From Perkinsela sp. CCAP 1560/9 (Eukaryota > Protista > Euglenozoa: Kinetoplastea), in contig CBFFSA010000014.1 of NCBI GenBank assembly GCA_965644495.1, forward strand, positions 62,001 to 126,000: a DNA stretch of 64,000 bases, written 5' to 3'. Positions 46,442 through 57,667 of the stretch are shown here, piece by piece. How positions within the stretch are numbered: position 1 is the stretch's first letter; every line of letters starts with the position of its first letter. The position numbers and the translations under genes were made by a program. The notes under the pieces are model-generated. The model saw only the letters and a program-made list of their open reading frames with translations, had not been told where the DNA came from and ran no database searches.

Positions 46442-47980
46442 TCAGTATCTGCAGCCAATGTCGCTGAAAACAACGTCATTGGGATGGTTTTCGTACACGA
46501 GAGCCATGGCAGGAAATGAGGCAGTGGTACTATCAAATGAAAGAGCATTAAAATTGTCAGTCTCCAAGGGTTGGCCATTACCTACTGCTGCAGCATTGAA
46601 CTTCTCTCGTGGCCCACTGCAGTTGGAACCCGTGAAAACTTGGTTCGTCCTCCACCCCTCATTTCGTTCAGACTCATACGATTGATAGATGTTTTGCATC
46701 GGTAATGAGTAATTCTCACCTGAACGAGAATACAATGTCAACGCTTTTCCGGATGCACAGCTCGTTATAATTTGACCTTCCCCTATACAGCAAAGTCGTT
46801 TGTTGGCAATCTGATTGCCGCTGATAACGTGGGTGCCATGAAGAGGCACTTGTGTGCTCCATAACCGTTGTTTCGTAGCCCAGCAATATTCGGAAAGAAT
46901 CCCATTGCATTCTTGAACGTAGAAGGAATGAGAGTTTGTTGCGGACCGACATGCACTACGCACTTTACAAGACGAAGAGGAAAACAAAAGTCCACTGTTG
47001 TAAGAGCGTCGCAAAAAGGAGTGCGTTGAGCTACCGATATCCCAGTGATCTACATTCGAAGTGTTGCGAACATCAAAACTGTACAGTTTGAGATCGTCAT
47101 GAAGAATGAAAATGTGGTTGCGATCGGCATAGAAGCAATTCCGAGAGTTTTCTGTAGGGTTCATGGACGTATCTAAAAATTCGTTTCGAGTGGATACCGC
47201 GTCAATCCCAAACTGTGGGGCACAGTGACTTGACCATATGGCCTTTGGAGTTCCTTTCGGAGATGTATGTATGGGAGGATTGGAGAAGTTTAAGAGCGGT
47301 GCCTGGGCCTTTTCAGTGTGGGGTAGTACATATTTTGGACTCTCAGTCGCTTGACATCGTATATCCCATAAAACAATGGAGCCTCCGCACGATACAGCAG
47401 TAACACAATGCGGTGATACCCATGTAAAATCGACGAACGCTTCCATAGAAGTTGATGCTTCACGAGAGTCTGCTGTCGTCACATTTTCCGAGTCAACGTC
47501 CACGACGCACAATCGATATGAATTATGAAGCGCAACTTTTCCCCAGGCGTTCGGAAGATTACACCAAAGTGCATTGCTTATGGATTCACCATTATTCAAC
47601 CGATTATTTCTTTTATGTATAAAAATTTCTACGCTGCTCACACACTCTTTTCTTTTCCAAATATGATATCGTGTATCGCAAAAATGCGTAGAGAGCAAAA
47701 TAAGGCCATCTGGATCCCAACGAACAACAGACGAAAAATCCGAAGAGCTGTCTGAGCCATCCAAAGCAGCGACTGTTTGTGGTTCTATTTTTGAAGCCAA
47801 TTTTGGTGTATTCAATCTAACACCGTAAGACGCGAAACTGAATTGACGCAGTTTAAAACGCTCCATAGTTCGCAGAGTAAAAAGAAATGGGTCCTTTGAT
47901 GCCCAAATCGGTGCATATATTTGCATTGCAAGGACAGTTTTCCCATTGTTAGCTGAACATGAATAGTTAGCTTCTCTCAT
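46442..47980 (-). CDS. WD40-like beta-propeller protein
   Basis: 512 aa; VRWDPDGLILLS, GSIVLWDIRC, LYSFDVRN. Confidence 0.7.
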   Translation of the reverse strand: MREANYSCSANNGKTVLAMQIYAPIWASKDPFLFTLRTMERFKLRQFSFASYGVRLNTPKLASKIEPQTVAALDGSDSSSDFSSVVRWDPDGLILLSTHFCDTRYHIWKRKECVSSVEIFIHKRNNRLNNGESISNALWCNLPNAWGKVALHNSYRLCVVDVDSENVTTADSREASTSMEAFVDFTWVSPHCVTAVSCGGSIVLWDIRCQATESPKYVLPHTEKAQAPLLNFSNPPIHTSPKGTPKAIWSSHCAPQFGIDAVSTRNEFLDTSMNPTENSRNCFYADRNHIFILHDDLKLYSFDVRNTSNVDHWDIGSSTHSFLRRSYNSGLLFSSSSCKVRSACRSATNSHSFYVQECNGILSEYCWATKQRLWSTQVPLHGTHVISGNQIANKRLCCIGEGQIITSCASGKALTLYSRSGENYSLPMQNIYQSYESERNEGWRTNQVFTGSNCSGPREKFNAAAVGNGQPLETDNFNALSFDSTTASFPAMALVYENHPNDVVFSDIGCRY

Positions 47981-48416
47981 TATCCAATGCTTTCGTCTTC
48001 ATGAATGAGACAAACTCCGCGAAAAACGTTTTGAAATTGGAATATGCCTTTTCCTTTCAAACTTAAAAGGTTATTAAACTTCGCATGATGAATACTGGAA
48101 AACACACCAGCGCTGAAGCAGAGAAATCGCAGATTGTTTTAAGCTAATTTTGCTTTTGATGGCTTTGATGCGAACTGCCCTTGAATAATTCATGGCACGA
48201 TGACAAGCTAGAGGTAAAAAAGGTTGCTATAGATAGAGTAAATAAAATTGCGAAAATACTAAAATAATTTTAACCACTGCGCAGCACCGTTTTGCGTTTT
48301 AGTCTTGGGCGATAAATATTTTCTTGCCTTCCGGAAGCTATGAAATGAAGGAAAATCTATTTGTAATTTACCGTATCTAGTTTAGCATACACCAAGGTGA
48401 TGTAGACCAACTATTT

Positions 48417-48838
48417 TAACATAAATCAGTAGACTAAAATTGCTAATTGTATCAAACCGCATCAAACTGGGGCGTGCATCATAATCATCATTCAGAGATA
48501 GCACAGTAACGTACGTATTCATTTTATCATACACCAACATGCATGACGCAAAACAAAATTTTAACCAGTACATCTGGAGTAAATATTTACATGAATCAGT
48601 AGACTAAAATTGCTAATTGTATCAAACCGCATCAAACTGGGGCGTGCATCATAATTGTCATTCAGAGATAGCACAGTAACGTACGTATTCATTTTATCAT
48701 ACACCAACATGCATGACGCAAAACAAAATTTTAGCCAGCACATCTGGAATAAATATTTACATGAATCAGTAGACTAAAATTGCTAATTGTATCAAACCAC
48801 ATCAAACTGGGGCGTGCAGTATAATCATCATTCAGAGA
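48417..48838. repeat. 170-bp tandem repeat, ~2.5 units
   Basis: aatcagtagactaaaattgc at 48424, 48594 and 48764. Confidence 0.9.
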
Positions 48839-48889
48839 GGCAATATACAGGGGCTTGTTACATATGTACAAACCTTATGTAGCAATAAA

Positions 48890-49312
48890 CAGGGGTGAAA
48901 ATCCGATGCTGGGGGGGTCTAAAATTTGCAATTTTTGCATAATTTTGGAAAATAATAGCGCATTTGAGAGCTCTAGCAGAGATCCATGTTTTGGCGTTAT
49001 TATCATGCTAAAAGAAAGCAAATTTGAAAAGGGCATTTTTTTTAAAAGTGTTTTACCCCCCTAAAATTTTGCTGCGTTTTCAATTTTCGCAGTTTTTTCC
49101 GTGCTTTTTTTCTTTTCTGCTCACTATTATGCCGCAAAAGCGATCTCGCCCTAAGCAAAACAGGCTTATTTATGGAGTTTTTTATCACGTTTTTTCCAAC
49201 AGGGACAGAAATGAGAAAGCTACGATTACTTCACATGTTTTTAAAGCAGCTATGAAAAAAAGGGGAGGTTTCTTAAGTTACTTGAATCGTCATAGCGATA
49301 CTAGAGTTGCTA
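48890..49312 (+). mobile_element. Deleted copy of the 27119-28677 Tc1 family
   Basis: TIR-like start; MPQKRSR fused to IYGVFYHVFSNRD..FKAAMKKRG. Confidence 0.8.
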
Positions 49313-49788
49313 TAAAAAAAAGTGGCAAAATAAATTTGACACCGCTCCGCGGCGCCCGGTCGGATTTGTCCATAATAAAGGGGGGGATACCCCCTGTCCA
49401 TAGTAAAGGGGGGGCACAGTACATATTTTCCGTTAAATCCATATTTTCCGTTACATTACAGTAAAAGTCATAATTCTATGAATCACTAAAAATGAGAATT
49501 GGGCTGTCAACGTGCAACTAGGAAAAATGAGAATGCGGCCCTAAATGATCATGTCCACGTGGAACTCCAGTTGAACACCGAAAGTGAGAATTGATAAAAA
49601 GAAGAGACAAAAAAAGAGAAGACGAAAAACTTCTATACTGCTTCTGTACTTCCTCTTTGTAACTGCTTGTCAAATGCCTTTCCGACCACGGAGCTCAACA
49701 TATTCAGCTGCGCCAAAAGTAGAAGAGTAGTTGACGAGTAGTGTGTCTAAAAAATGTTCGAAAAATACGACACGTGCCGATATACCAT

Positions 49789-50925
49789 TTATGTTAAGGT
49801 TAGCAGGCGTATTTCCCGCTTTGCGGTTTGACACCCTTTTTTGACCCAAGCATTGTGGAGTACCCATGGAACACAGACGATTCCGTACCGAGGAATTACA
49901 CCTGGGGCAAGGGGTTTGGGAAGGTATGATACTGGAACACGAGGGTAGTACACCCCGTTTTGGTCCCACGTGTTGAAGCCATGCTGTTGACTTAGTTGTA
50001 GCATCGTTTTCGACACGATACATTCCGTGCTCTCGTTGGCGTTGACGATTGATGCAGAAATTCTTTTCATGTCAGGTACCTTATCTAACGAAAATCCCTT
50101 TTCTTGAGTGACCGCGGCCGTATTGCACAGTACATCTTTGTTGATCGCATGAGTTACGCTACATTTAGGAGATATCGGTACCAACTGTGTAGACTGAGAA
50201 TCAGTCAAGTCCCTTGAAGAAACCTTTGTTTTTACTTGATCTCGTTGATGGGATAACAATCCACTCGTTAAAATTGTCTCCGGCCGTAAATACGAGATAG
50301 CATGCTCCAGCAAGGGCCCCTCCTCCGATTCTCTCTCCCTTACTTCCTCCTCAGAGAGAGCCGTAAATGGTTTCACGTCGGAGGCAGATCTCGTCACGGG
50401 CCGCGTGGACGAGTGCAGCGCAGGCGGCATCGGGTGCATCCCCAGCGTAGCCTCCAACGCCGAGAGCAAACTCACAGAAGGACGCCGCCCGGCGGTGATC
50501 CCAAACAGCTGATCTTGGGCCCAAGTACGCATCCGGTTTCGTAGTTGCTCGCGTTGCCCTGGGGTCAGTGTCGAGTGTTTTCTACTACTCCCCTTCTCCT
50601 CCACAGTCGCAAGCGCACGCTGGAGCTTCGCAAAGGAGCGGTACCCACGGCACATGGCAGCGCGCATGGTGAAGTAGCGCAGCTTTTGAACGTTTCGGTG
50701 GAACAATAGACTTTCGGTGTGGCGACAAAGATCATCGTGTAGCGCGTGCTGTTGATCTTTGGCGAGCCACTGCCACCTGTCTCGGGTTCCATATTTCTTC
50801 TCCAACAATTCCATGCCTCCGACCGGATGCGGGTATCCCACTCGTCGAATTTCCCAGCAGGGGTAGCGGTACGGGGTGTCCACCACCGCACGAAATGTTG
50901 CGCGTAGAATACGCCCGTTTAGCAT
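49789..50925 (-). CDS. Hypothetical protein
   Basis: 378-aa ORF co-oriented with the cluster; no motif recognised. Confidence 0.7.
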   Translation of the reverse strand: MLNGRILRATFRAVVDTPYRYPCWEIRRVGYPHPVGGMELLEKKYGTRDRWQWLAKDQQHALHDDLCRHTESLLFHRNVQKLRYFTMRAAMCRGYRSFAKLQRALATVEEKGSSRKHSTLTPGQREQLRNRMRTWAQDQLFGITAGRRPSVSLLSALEATLGMHPMPPALHSSTRPVTRSASDVKPFTALSEEEVRERESEEGPLLEHAISYLRPETILTSGLLSHQRDQVKTKVSSRDLTDSQSTQLVPISPKCSVTHAINKDVLCNTAAVTQEKGFSLDKVPDMKRISASIVNANESTECIVSKTMLQLSQQHGFNTWDQNGVYYPRVPVSYLPKPLAPGVIPRYGIVCVPWVLHNAWVKKGCQTAKREIRLLTLT

Positions 50926-52490
50926 TGTAAGTTCAGTATGATGAGAAATTCAAAACAAATTGGAAACAAATTTGAGAAATGGAAGAGTACATGTGTTTCT
51001 TTTCCATTATATACTCAATACATGATGTAGTGGAACTTAGCGTAAGCGAATTCGACAATGAGTAATAGATCCTGTGCATCTACAATGTAGATAAAAAGAA
51101 ACAGAAGTATAAATACAGGGGCTACTAAAGGCGAGGTGGGTCTCCAATTTGTAAAAATGAAAACAAGCAACTGTGCATATTTTTAAGCCCAAAACTAGCA
51201 ATTGTATGTAAAACAGGTCGCAAACATGAAACAATAAAAAATTGTCCAATTTTGAAAATACAGTTCCCCCTATTCAGTATATAGCAGGGCCCGCGGAAAC
51301 TTTTTAAAAGCTAAAAAAAGTTTTTCAGATCATCGAAAGCGCTTTAAAAACGCTTTTCGAGCTCTTTTTAGCTTTCGAGAGCACCTTTACCCTGCGGACA
51401 CACCTACAGGCGAAAACTTCGTCAGGAGGGGGGTCTAAAATTCGTAAAAATTGTCCAATTTCGGAAATACAGCTCCTCCTATTCAGTGTTTACACTGTTT
51501 AGTAGACTGTAGCACAAGTTTTAGACCTCCCAAGTCCTACTTCAAAACCCTTCTCTACGTATTTCTGTGTAAATCATGGTTTGACGGTCAGGCCGTTAAA
51601 CAGAAGTTTGTTTCGTGTCCGCATATCACGTAATCGGAGCCAATTGTGTTTGGTGTTTGTTGGGAGGCTACCGAGGCCACTATCTTTACGTAAAAGAAAA
51701 CTTTTTTAACACTTTTTACATTCCAGAGTTTTCCAACACAACGTTGGGTGGAGGAGGAAACGGAATTATACTTGTAAATTGATTACGTGACAAATTGATC
51801 GAATCGATGCTAGAAGAAATCCCTTGGACGTCGGCAATCCCTTCAAATTGGTTATCATGCAACCATAATGTTGATAGCTGAGGTGGAAGAGAGTCAAATT
51901 GCAAAGTTCCGGAAAACCAGTTTTCTCGGAAAGAGAAAAAATGAGCACTGGACGGAAGCGTGGTGAGGTCTAACGTACCCGAAAGATGATTGGCTGCCAA
52001 TATCAGCGTTCTTAAGGCTTGCGGCAAGGTACTTGTCAGCACGTTTCCCACTAACTTGTTAAAAGAAAAGGACAGAGATACGAGGCAAGGTGGAAGCTGA
52101 TCAATTCCATGAGCAGTACAAATCTTATTATGAGAAAGCATTATCTTGGATAGAGTACGAGGGACATATTGCAAATTAATAGAGCCAGAAAGGTTTTCTT
52201 TTTCCCATGAAAGGTGTCGAACTGTTTCATTGACACATTTGATGCCTTTCCAAGAACAGGCATCTGTTTCAACAGTCCATGAGGCGTCGCATCCTGACAA
52301 GTTGGCAATCATTCGCGCAAGGTGAAAAGCGGGCGGAAGTACTGCACCGCGTACCCTTCCTGCTCGGGTAGAGAGCGCTGGACTTTCATCCCTCTGAAAG
52401 GATAGCTGCATGCGCAAAAGAACAATTGATTTCGTAGAACTAGGTTTTATTGAAAGAATTGTGTTCTACTAAAACGGTGTCAACACGATG
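50923..52490 (+). repeat. Recent 1.6-kb direct duplication, copy 2
   Basis: Near-identical to 41393-42976. Confidence 0.95.
51716..52411 (-). CDS. Leucine-rich repeat protein (duplicate 2)
   Basis: Five amino-acid differences from 42186-42881. Confidence 0.9.
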   Translation of the reverse strand: MQLSFQRDESPALSTRAGRVRGAVLPPAFHLARMIANLSGCDASWTVETDACSWKGIKCVNETVRHLSWEKENLSGSINLQYVPRTLSKIMLSHNKICTAHGIDQLPPCLVSLSFSFNKLVGNVLTSTLPQALRTLILAANHLSGTLDLTTLPSSAHFFSFRENWFSGTLQFDSLPPQLSTLWLHDNQFEGIADVQGISSSIDSINLSRNQFTSIIPFPPPPNVVLENSGM

Positions 52491-52620
52491 ATCCAAAAAT
52501 CATCTTTCATCATAGAACAAACGAAAACATCTCACAGGGGGTGCTACTTGTACAAGAACAAGAGAAGACGCGATACAATGAAACGCATGATTTCCTCGCT
52601 CCCTTCCCTCGTCGGATGTT

Positions 52621-53511
52621 TCACGCTTCTCCTGCCTCGGACAGCGACAACCCCCCCGGGGGGTGCTGCACGCCCCATTCCACGTACTCGCGATGCCGGG
52701 TGCCTCGGAACCCATCCAAGGCGTTGTCCGAGACATCCACCTGGGCGGTACGCGGGAGTGAGGTGAAATCCACGACCCCCACAAAGGCATTGCGCTGCAA
52801 GTGAAGCACCGAGAGGGTCGCGGGGAGTGCCGTGAGGTCCAGTGGCCCCCGCAGCGCGTTGTCCTGTAAGCGAAGGGAGAGGAACTGCGGGGGGAGACGG
52901 GTGAGGGAGATCTCACCGGAGAGGGCGTTGTCATAGGCCCATAAGATCGCGAGCCGAGGGGGGAGATGGGTAAGATGGATTTTTCCGGTAAATTTGTTCT
53001 CCCCAAGGTGGAGTACTTTTAAGGAGAGGGGAAGAGATGTGAGGGAAAGTTTCCCGGAAAGGGTATTGCGAGTGACGGAAAATTCATGTAGAGTTGGGGG
53101 AAGAGAGTTCCACTCAATCTCTCCATCAAAATTACAGTAGGACGCGTAGAAAGTAAGCAGTCTTTGAGGAAGTTCAGGAGTATGAATTCGGCCCGAAAAA
53201 TGTCGTGGACTCGCGGGCTGTCCACCAATTCGAAGCGTACGTACGGTCATTGGAAGGGCATCCCAGTTGAGCTCACCGAGGGGATCGGAATATGGTGTCC
53301 AGTTAATTCCCAAAACATTGGCCTCATCATCGCAGACAACTCCGCCCCACTCACACACGGGCGTGCTATCATTCCAACTCCAATGAGGGGAGGATAGAAG
53401 CCGAACAAAACGTTGCATCTCAATTTGAGGACCTACGTGCGTACGGTGAATCTTTCCCAGACGATGCCGTTTGACTGGGTTTGGCTCATCAAGGGCAAAA
53501 AAGACGAGCAT
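52621..53511 (-). CDS. Leucine-rich repeat protein
   Basis: RLGKIHRTHV..SW...PVCEWGGVVC cap, about 7 LRRs; first ATG at 53511. Confidence 0.9.
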   Translation of the reverse strand: MLVFFALDEPNPVKRHRLGKIHRTHVGPQIEMQRFVRLLSSPHWSWNDSTPVCEWGGVVCDDEANVLGINWTPYSDPLGELNWDALPMTVRTLRIGGQPASPRHFSGRIHTPELPQRLLTFYASYCNFDGEIEWNSLPPTLHEFSVTRNTLSGKLSLTSLPLSLKVLHLGENKFTGKIHLTHLPPRLAILWAYDNALSGEISLTRLPPQFLSLRLQDNALRGPLDLTALPATLSVLHLQRNAFVGVVDFTSLPRTAQVDVSDNALDGFRGTRHREYVEWGVQHPPGGLSLSEAGEA

Positions 53512-54017
53512 GTGGAAGGAAATCAATAAAATAAAAAGCAAAACCAAAAATGTAGATCACAATGTTTAATACACACACCTTTTACTTCCTTTCCATGAGT
53601 GTTAATTTACCTGTACGCTCTCCTACTTACGGTTACAAGTTACAATTTTCGGATTATAAGCTATACTCCGAACTTACTTGTTTGCAAATTATAAATAAAC
53701 TATGGGAGTGAGAGGGATAGGTATCTTTTAAAAAGATTTAGCAAAGTTTAAAATTAGGGGTACGTATCCACTACGTTGATTTGTCAACAAAGTGGTTGCC
53801 ACTTGGGCAGTCGCTCAGCATCATTGCTCTCATCATCAAGTGAATCTAAAGTCCGGCTCCCGTAGTGTTTTCGTAAGCCCCAGATTACGTACAAAGTAGT
53901 ACGATGTGCGTTCCCTGAACGCCTTGAAATTATTCAATCCAAAAGCGGTATAGACCAAAAAAAGATAGATGTGCACATAAACAACCGCGTTCTGCATTGT
54001 ATTACGAAAGATGACTA

Positions 54018-54686
54018 CTAAGAAACAATTGCTACTCCACGAATAAGCTGAGGAATTTCTTTTTGTCTCGTCCACACTTTGTTTCCGAACAAATCGATAA
54101 CAGAGATATCGGGGGAAAGAACAGGAAAACTTACTTCTCCGGAAAATTGATTACGTGCAAGATGAAGGGTTCGAAGTGACTCAGGTAGAGAAACGAACGA
54201 AAGTCCACCGCTTAGATTATTGCAGGAGATGCTAAGAACTCGCAAGCGCTGGGGCAGTTGCGCCAGGTCAAGACCACCTTCAAAGCGGTTACAGCCTGCG
54301 TAAAATTCCTCGAGATTACCGGGCAAATCGTTTGTACATATTGGCCCTGAAAAGCGGAAAGTCTCAAAATTGTATTTTCGGATGTCCAACAAAAGGAGGG
54401 TTGGTGGTAGATGCTTCCATTCCAACTCACCACCCGATGTGCTTCCCCTCCATACAATTTTGTTCACTGTTTGTTTATCACTTTCACAATAGACTCCTGC
54501 CCAATGAATGACTTCGTTGTCAGATCGCCAGCTTTCATGTGGATTTTTTACTTTCTGTGTAAATCTTGACAATTCGTATTCAACAGGAAACGCGCTACTG
54601 CGAACTTTACCCAGGCGAACACTAGGATCTGAATCGCAACAATTGATAGAGGCTAGGGTTAGACGTGAGAAATGCTTATCGTGCAT
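54018..54686 (-). CDS. Leucine-rich repeat protein
   Basis: 222 aa; RLGKVRSSAFPVEYEL..SW..HWAGVYC cap plus LRRs. Confidence 0.9.
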   Translation of the reverse strand: MHDKHFSRLTLASINCCDSDPSVRLGKVRSSAFPVEYELSRFTQKVKNPHESWRSDNEVIHWAGVYCESDKQTVNKIVWRGSTSGGELEWKHLPPTLLLLDIRKYNFETFRFSGPICTNDLPGNLEEFYAGCNRFEGGLDLAQLPQRLRVLSISCNNLSGGLSFVSLPESLRTLHLARNQFSGEVSFPVLSPDISVIDLFGNKVWTRQKEIPQLIRGVAIVS

Positions 54687-55138
54687 AGTATGGTGATAAA
54701 TCTTCTTAGTAAAACAAAACTATCTACTTGCCAATCTTCTTTCCTATGCACAACTTGAACAAACCAGATTTTCGGCTTTGCATGCCCCCAGTGTGCTAAT
54801 TTACAGTTTTTAAATCTGATACGATTGCACAATTGTGCTAAACCGGAGATCACTTTGCTAAATAGTGCTACTTCATGTCATTAGTTAAATTAGACACTGT
54901 ACTCCATGTCATGCGTAATTGCTCGTTTCGCATTTCGACAACGATAATAAAGTTATCACGAAATCTACAGGCCGTCTCTGTACATCAAACTAATCTTTAT
55001 ACATCTCCTCTACAATCGTTTTATACACTCTACACGATTTCTGGAGTTGGGCTTTCGTCTACCGAAAAAACCACAATCCTAAAAATCCCTTCTCACCGGG
55101 GTAAAAACTAAAACCAACCCCTTCGGTCTATCCTCCCC

Positions 55139-56368
55139 TCACCCCCCTCCCGCCCCCGCTTCCCCCGACTCGGAGCACCGCAGCCTCGCCTCTGTCCGTA
55201 TCGGACGAAAGCTTTGCCGGGTCTCCTCCACCGCCGGGGACCCTTTCTGTCCGGCAAATACAAACGCCTGGCGCTGGTAGAGCGTCCCCGTGACCCCAAC
55301 ACTCGCCAGTGCGGTCTCCAGAAAGGAGCCCAGGCGGATGAGGTTGAACCCGTACCCCGGGACCGCGCTCCCACTCACCGCGAGGGCCACGGCGGTGCCC
55401 CGGGGGAGGGCCTGGAGGGTGGACCCCAGGGCGTGGCCGTACCACCAGTGCCACAGCAGGTTTCGCCCCGTGGGGTAGAACCCGCTGTGGAGCACAGCCC
55501 ACCCCCTGCCCGCCTGTGCGGGGACAGCAGCGCAGCAGCCGGGCGTGCGGACCGCTGGGGTCGGCTGCGGCGTGCGCTCCTCTGTGATCAGAGGGGTACC
55601 CGCGGGGGGGTCTTGCCCCGGGCTGTGCGTGGGGGGAACGTCGTGGGGAAGGGGCTGTAGGGCCACCAGGAGGATTCCGGGGCCTGCCGCACAGTCCCGT
55701 TCCAGTATGTGGGTGGTGGGGTACGGGGGGGAGGGGTCGTCTTGGGTTGCGGGTAGGTTGTCCTGGGTTGTGGGAACCTCGGGGGCGTGCTCGATAAAAC
55801 CGGTGGAGGGGGTGATTTGAATACGACCGTAGCAACCCGCAGCTCCGGCGCATGAGACAAGGGAAACGGTGAGTTCTGGCGGAGGGAGGGAAACGTCGCT
55901 TGGACGTGGATCACGGAGAATGGACAGGAGATTGGGGCAACACTGTTGAAAAAAGCTTGGAAAGCATTGGTACATTTTTGTGAGATAGCAGCCCTCCCTT
56001 TTATTGCATGTGTTCCAACAAACAAGGTCAATTTGTCTCCAATAAGAGATTGCGGCGCGAACAAAGGCGAAAAACCCAAAGCATAGGCAATTGGACGCAA
56101 TACCTAGGATACCCAGCACCATGAGAGCACGGACAGCGTTCCCCAAGGAAAATCGTAGAAGACAGAAGCACAAGGTAAGGCTCATCAGCAGAGTGCATAG
56201 TATGAGACGATCAATCCAGCGTGTAGTCAAGGCACGCATGTCCATTGCCCAAGTATTCTGTTCGGACCTATGAAATGCATCACGAATGTAGGCTTCAAGA
56301 CTTTCCACGGCGCCGGAAAGTGTTTCAAATTCTAGAGCTCCTGGAAGGGTGATACCATACCGACTCAT
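55139..56368 (-). CDS. Membrane protein with two TM helices and a C-terminal ILEI/PANDER (GG-type)-like domain
   Basis: Two hydrophobic N-terminal stretches; LQALPRGTAVALAVSG..LASVG..RQAFVFAGQKG resembles the ILEI motif. Confidence 0.6.
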   Translation of the reverse strand: MSRYGITLPGALEFETLSGAVESLEAYIRDAFHRSEQNTWAMDMRALTTRWIDRLILCTLLMSLTLCFCLLRFSLGNAVRALMVLGILGIASNCLCFGFFAFVRAAISYWRQIDLVCWNTCNKREGCYLTKMYQCFPSFFQQCCPNLLSILRDPRPSDVSLPPPELTVSLVSCAGAAGCYGRIQITPSTGFIEHAPEVPTTQDNLPATQDDPSPPYPTTHILERDCAAGPGILLVALQPLPHDVPPTHSPGQDPPAGTPLITEERTPQPTPAVRTPGCCAAVPAQAGRGWAVLHSGFYPTGRNLLWHWWYGHALGSTLQALPRGTAVALAVSGSAVPGYGFNLIRLGSFLETALASVGVTGTLYQRQAFVFAGQKGSPAVEETRQSFRPIRTEARLRCSESGEAGAGGG

Positions 56369-56954
56369 GACTAGGGTGTAGAAAATACGGGAGTTTGTAC
56401 TCCTATTTTAGATGGGAAATCCAAATCTTTGAAATGTAAGACACCTCTCATACATGTAGGGGTCACAAAAAACGTGGGGGAGCCTAAATTTAGAACCTGG
56501 GAGTTTTTGACCTTTGTAAAAAAGGTCTTGAGAGTGTCATGCGAGCTTTTTGACTGATTCTTTTCGCGTAATGCGTGATTCTGAAGAGAACTGCGAAAAA
56601 CTCGTCAAAATGCGTTGTTTTTAGTTTCAGAATAGTTGGAAATGGATATTTTTTGAGAAATACAATGTTAAGTGATACGATGTTACTTGATGACCTTTCG
56701 ACTAAAAATACTCTTTTCATCAGTAAGCCGCCTGTAGATTTTCGGTGTCAGAGGGAGGAAATCTCATGTCCTTAAAGTTCAAGCTTAGTCCACGAGTGCA
56801 CAGTTTGAAAACACGAGTGCAAAAGAAGTGAAAAGAAAACGACTTTTCAGAGTCGAAAACATGGCTTTCCTGATATTTTATCCGCTTTGAGGCATTTCTG
56901 CTAAGATTCTCTACAGTTTTACATAGGAAAAGGAATACTCAGTAGTAGAAGGGA

Positions 56955-57245
56955 CCCATGCGTGGCGTTGTTAGTGGGAAGCAATTTGCGAAGCCATAGG
57001 GGGTGGTATGGCGAGGACCCGCGTGCGCGGGCCTGAGCCACACGCGGCATTGTTAGTAGGATGCAAGTTGCGAAGCCCGAGGGGGTGGTATGGCGAGGAC
57101 CCGCGTGCGCGGGCCTGAGCCACACGCGGCATTGTTAGTAGGATGCAATTTGCGAAGCCCGAGGGGGTGGTATGGCGAGGGCCTGCGCGAGCGGGTCTGT
57201 GCCATACGCGGCGTTGTTAGTGGGAAACAATCTGCGAAGCCCGAA
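56955..57245. repeat. 82-bp GC-rich tandem repeat, ~3.5 units
   Basis: gttagt at 56970, 57052, 57134 and 57216. Confidence 0.9.
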
Positions 57246-57538
57246 GTACGCGCACTAAAACATCTGCTTTTTGCCTGATGAAAGCAAATTTCTGGAAAAC
57301 AAAAGTGTGGGCGGAGGGAAAGGCGGAAAACAAAAGCGTGTGCGGAGGGAAAAGTAACCTGAGCGTGAAGAAAAATCTGAAAAAAAGCGTCAAAAAGCGG
57401 AAGAATATTAGGAAAAATGTTTTTTGAAGCTGTGTGAGCATCTCGCCTCCCTCAAAAGATGAAAAGCCAAGGAGCCGAAACCTGTGTATAGTATTATGGA
57501 AGAAATTCCGTAGGTACTCGGAATTAGTATGTAAGATA

Positions 57539-57667
57539 CAGGGGCGAAATTAATTTGTGTCAACAAAAGTTGTGTTGATTTCTGGGATTAACATGACTTT
57601 TGTTGACACAACTTTTGCTGCCTCGACGTTTGTTGACATAACTTGTTGTTGACATAACCCCCCCCTG
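57539..57667. mobile_element. Short TA-flanked MITE
   Basis: cagggg..tgtcaacaa / ttgttgaca..cccctg with TA flanks. Confidence 0.6.
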
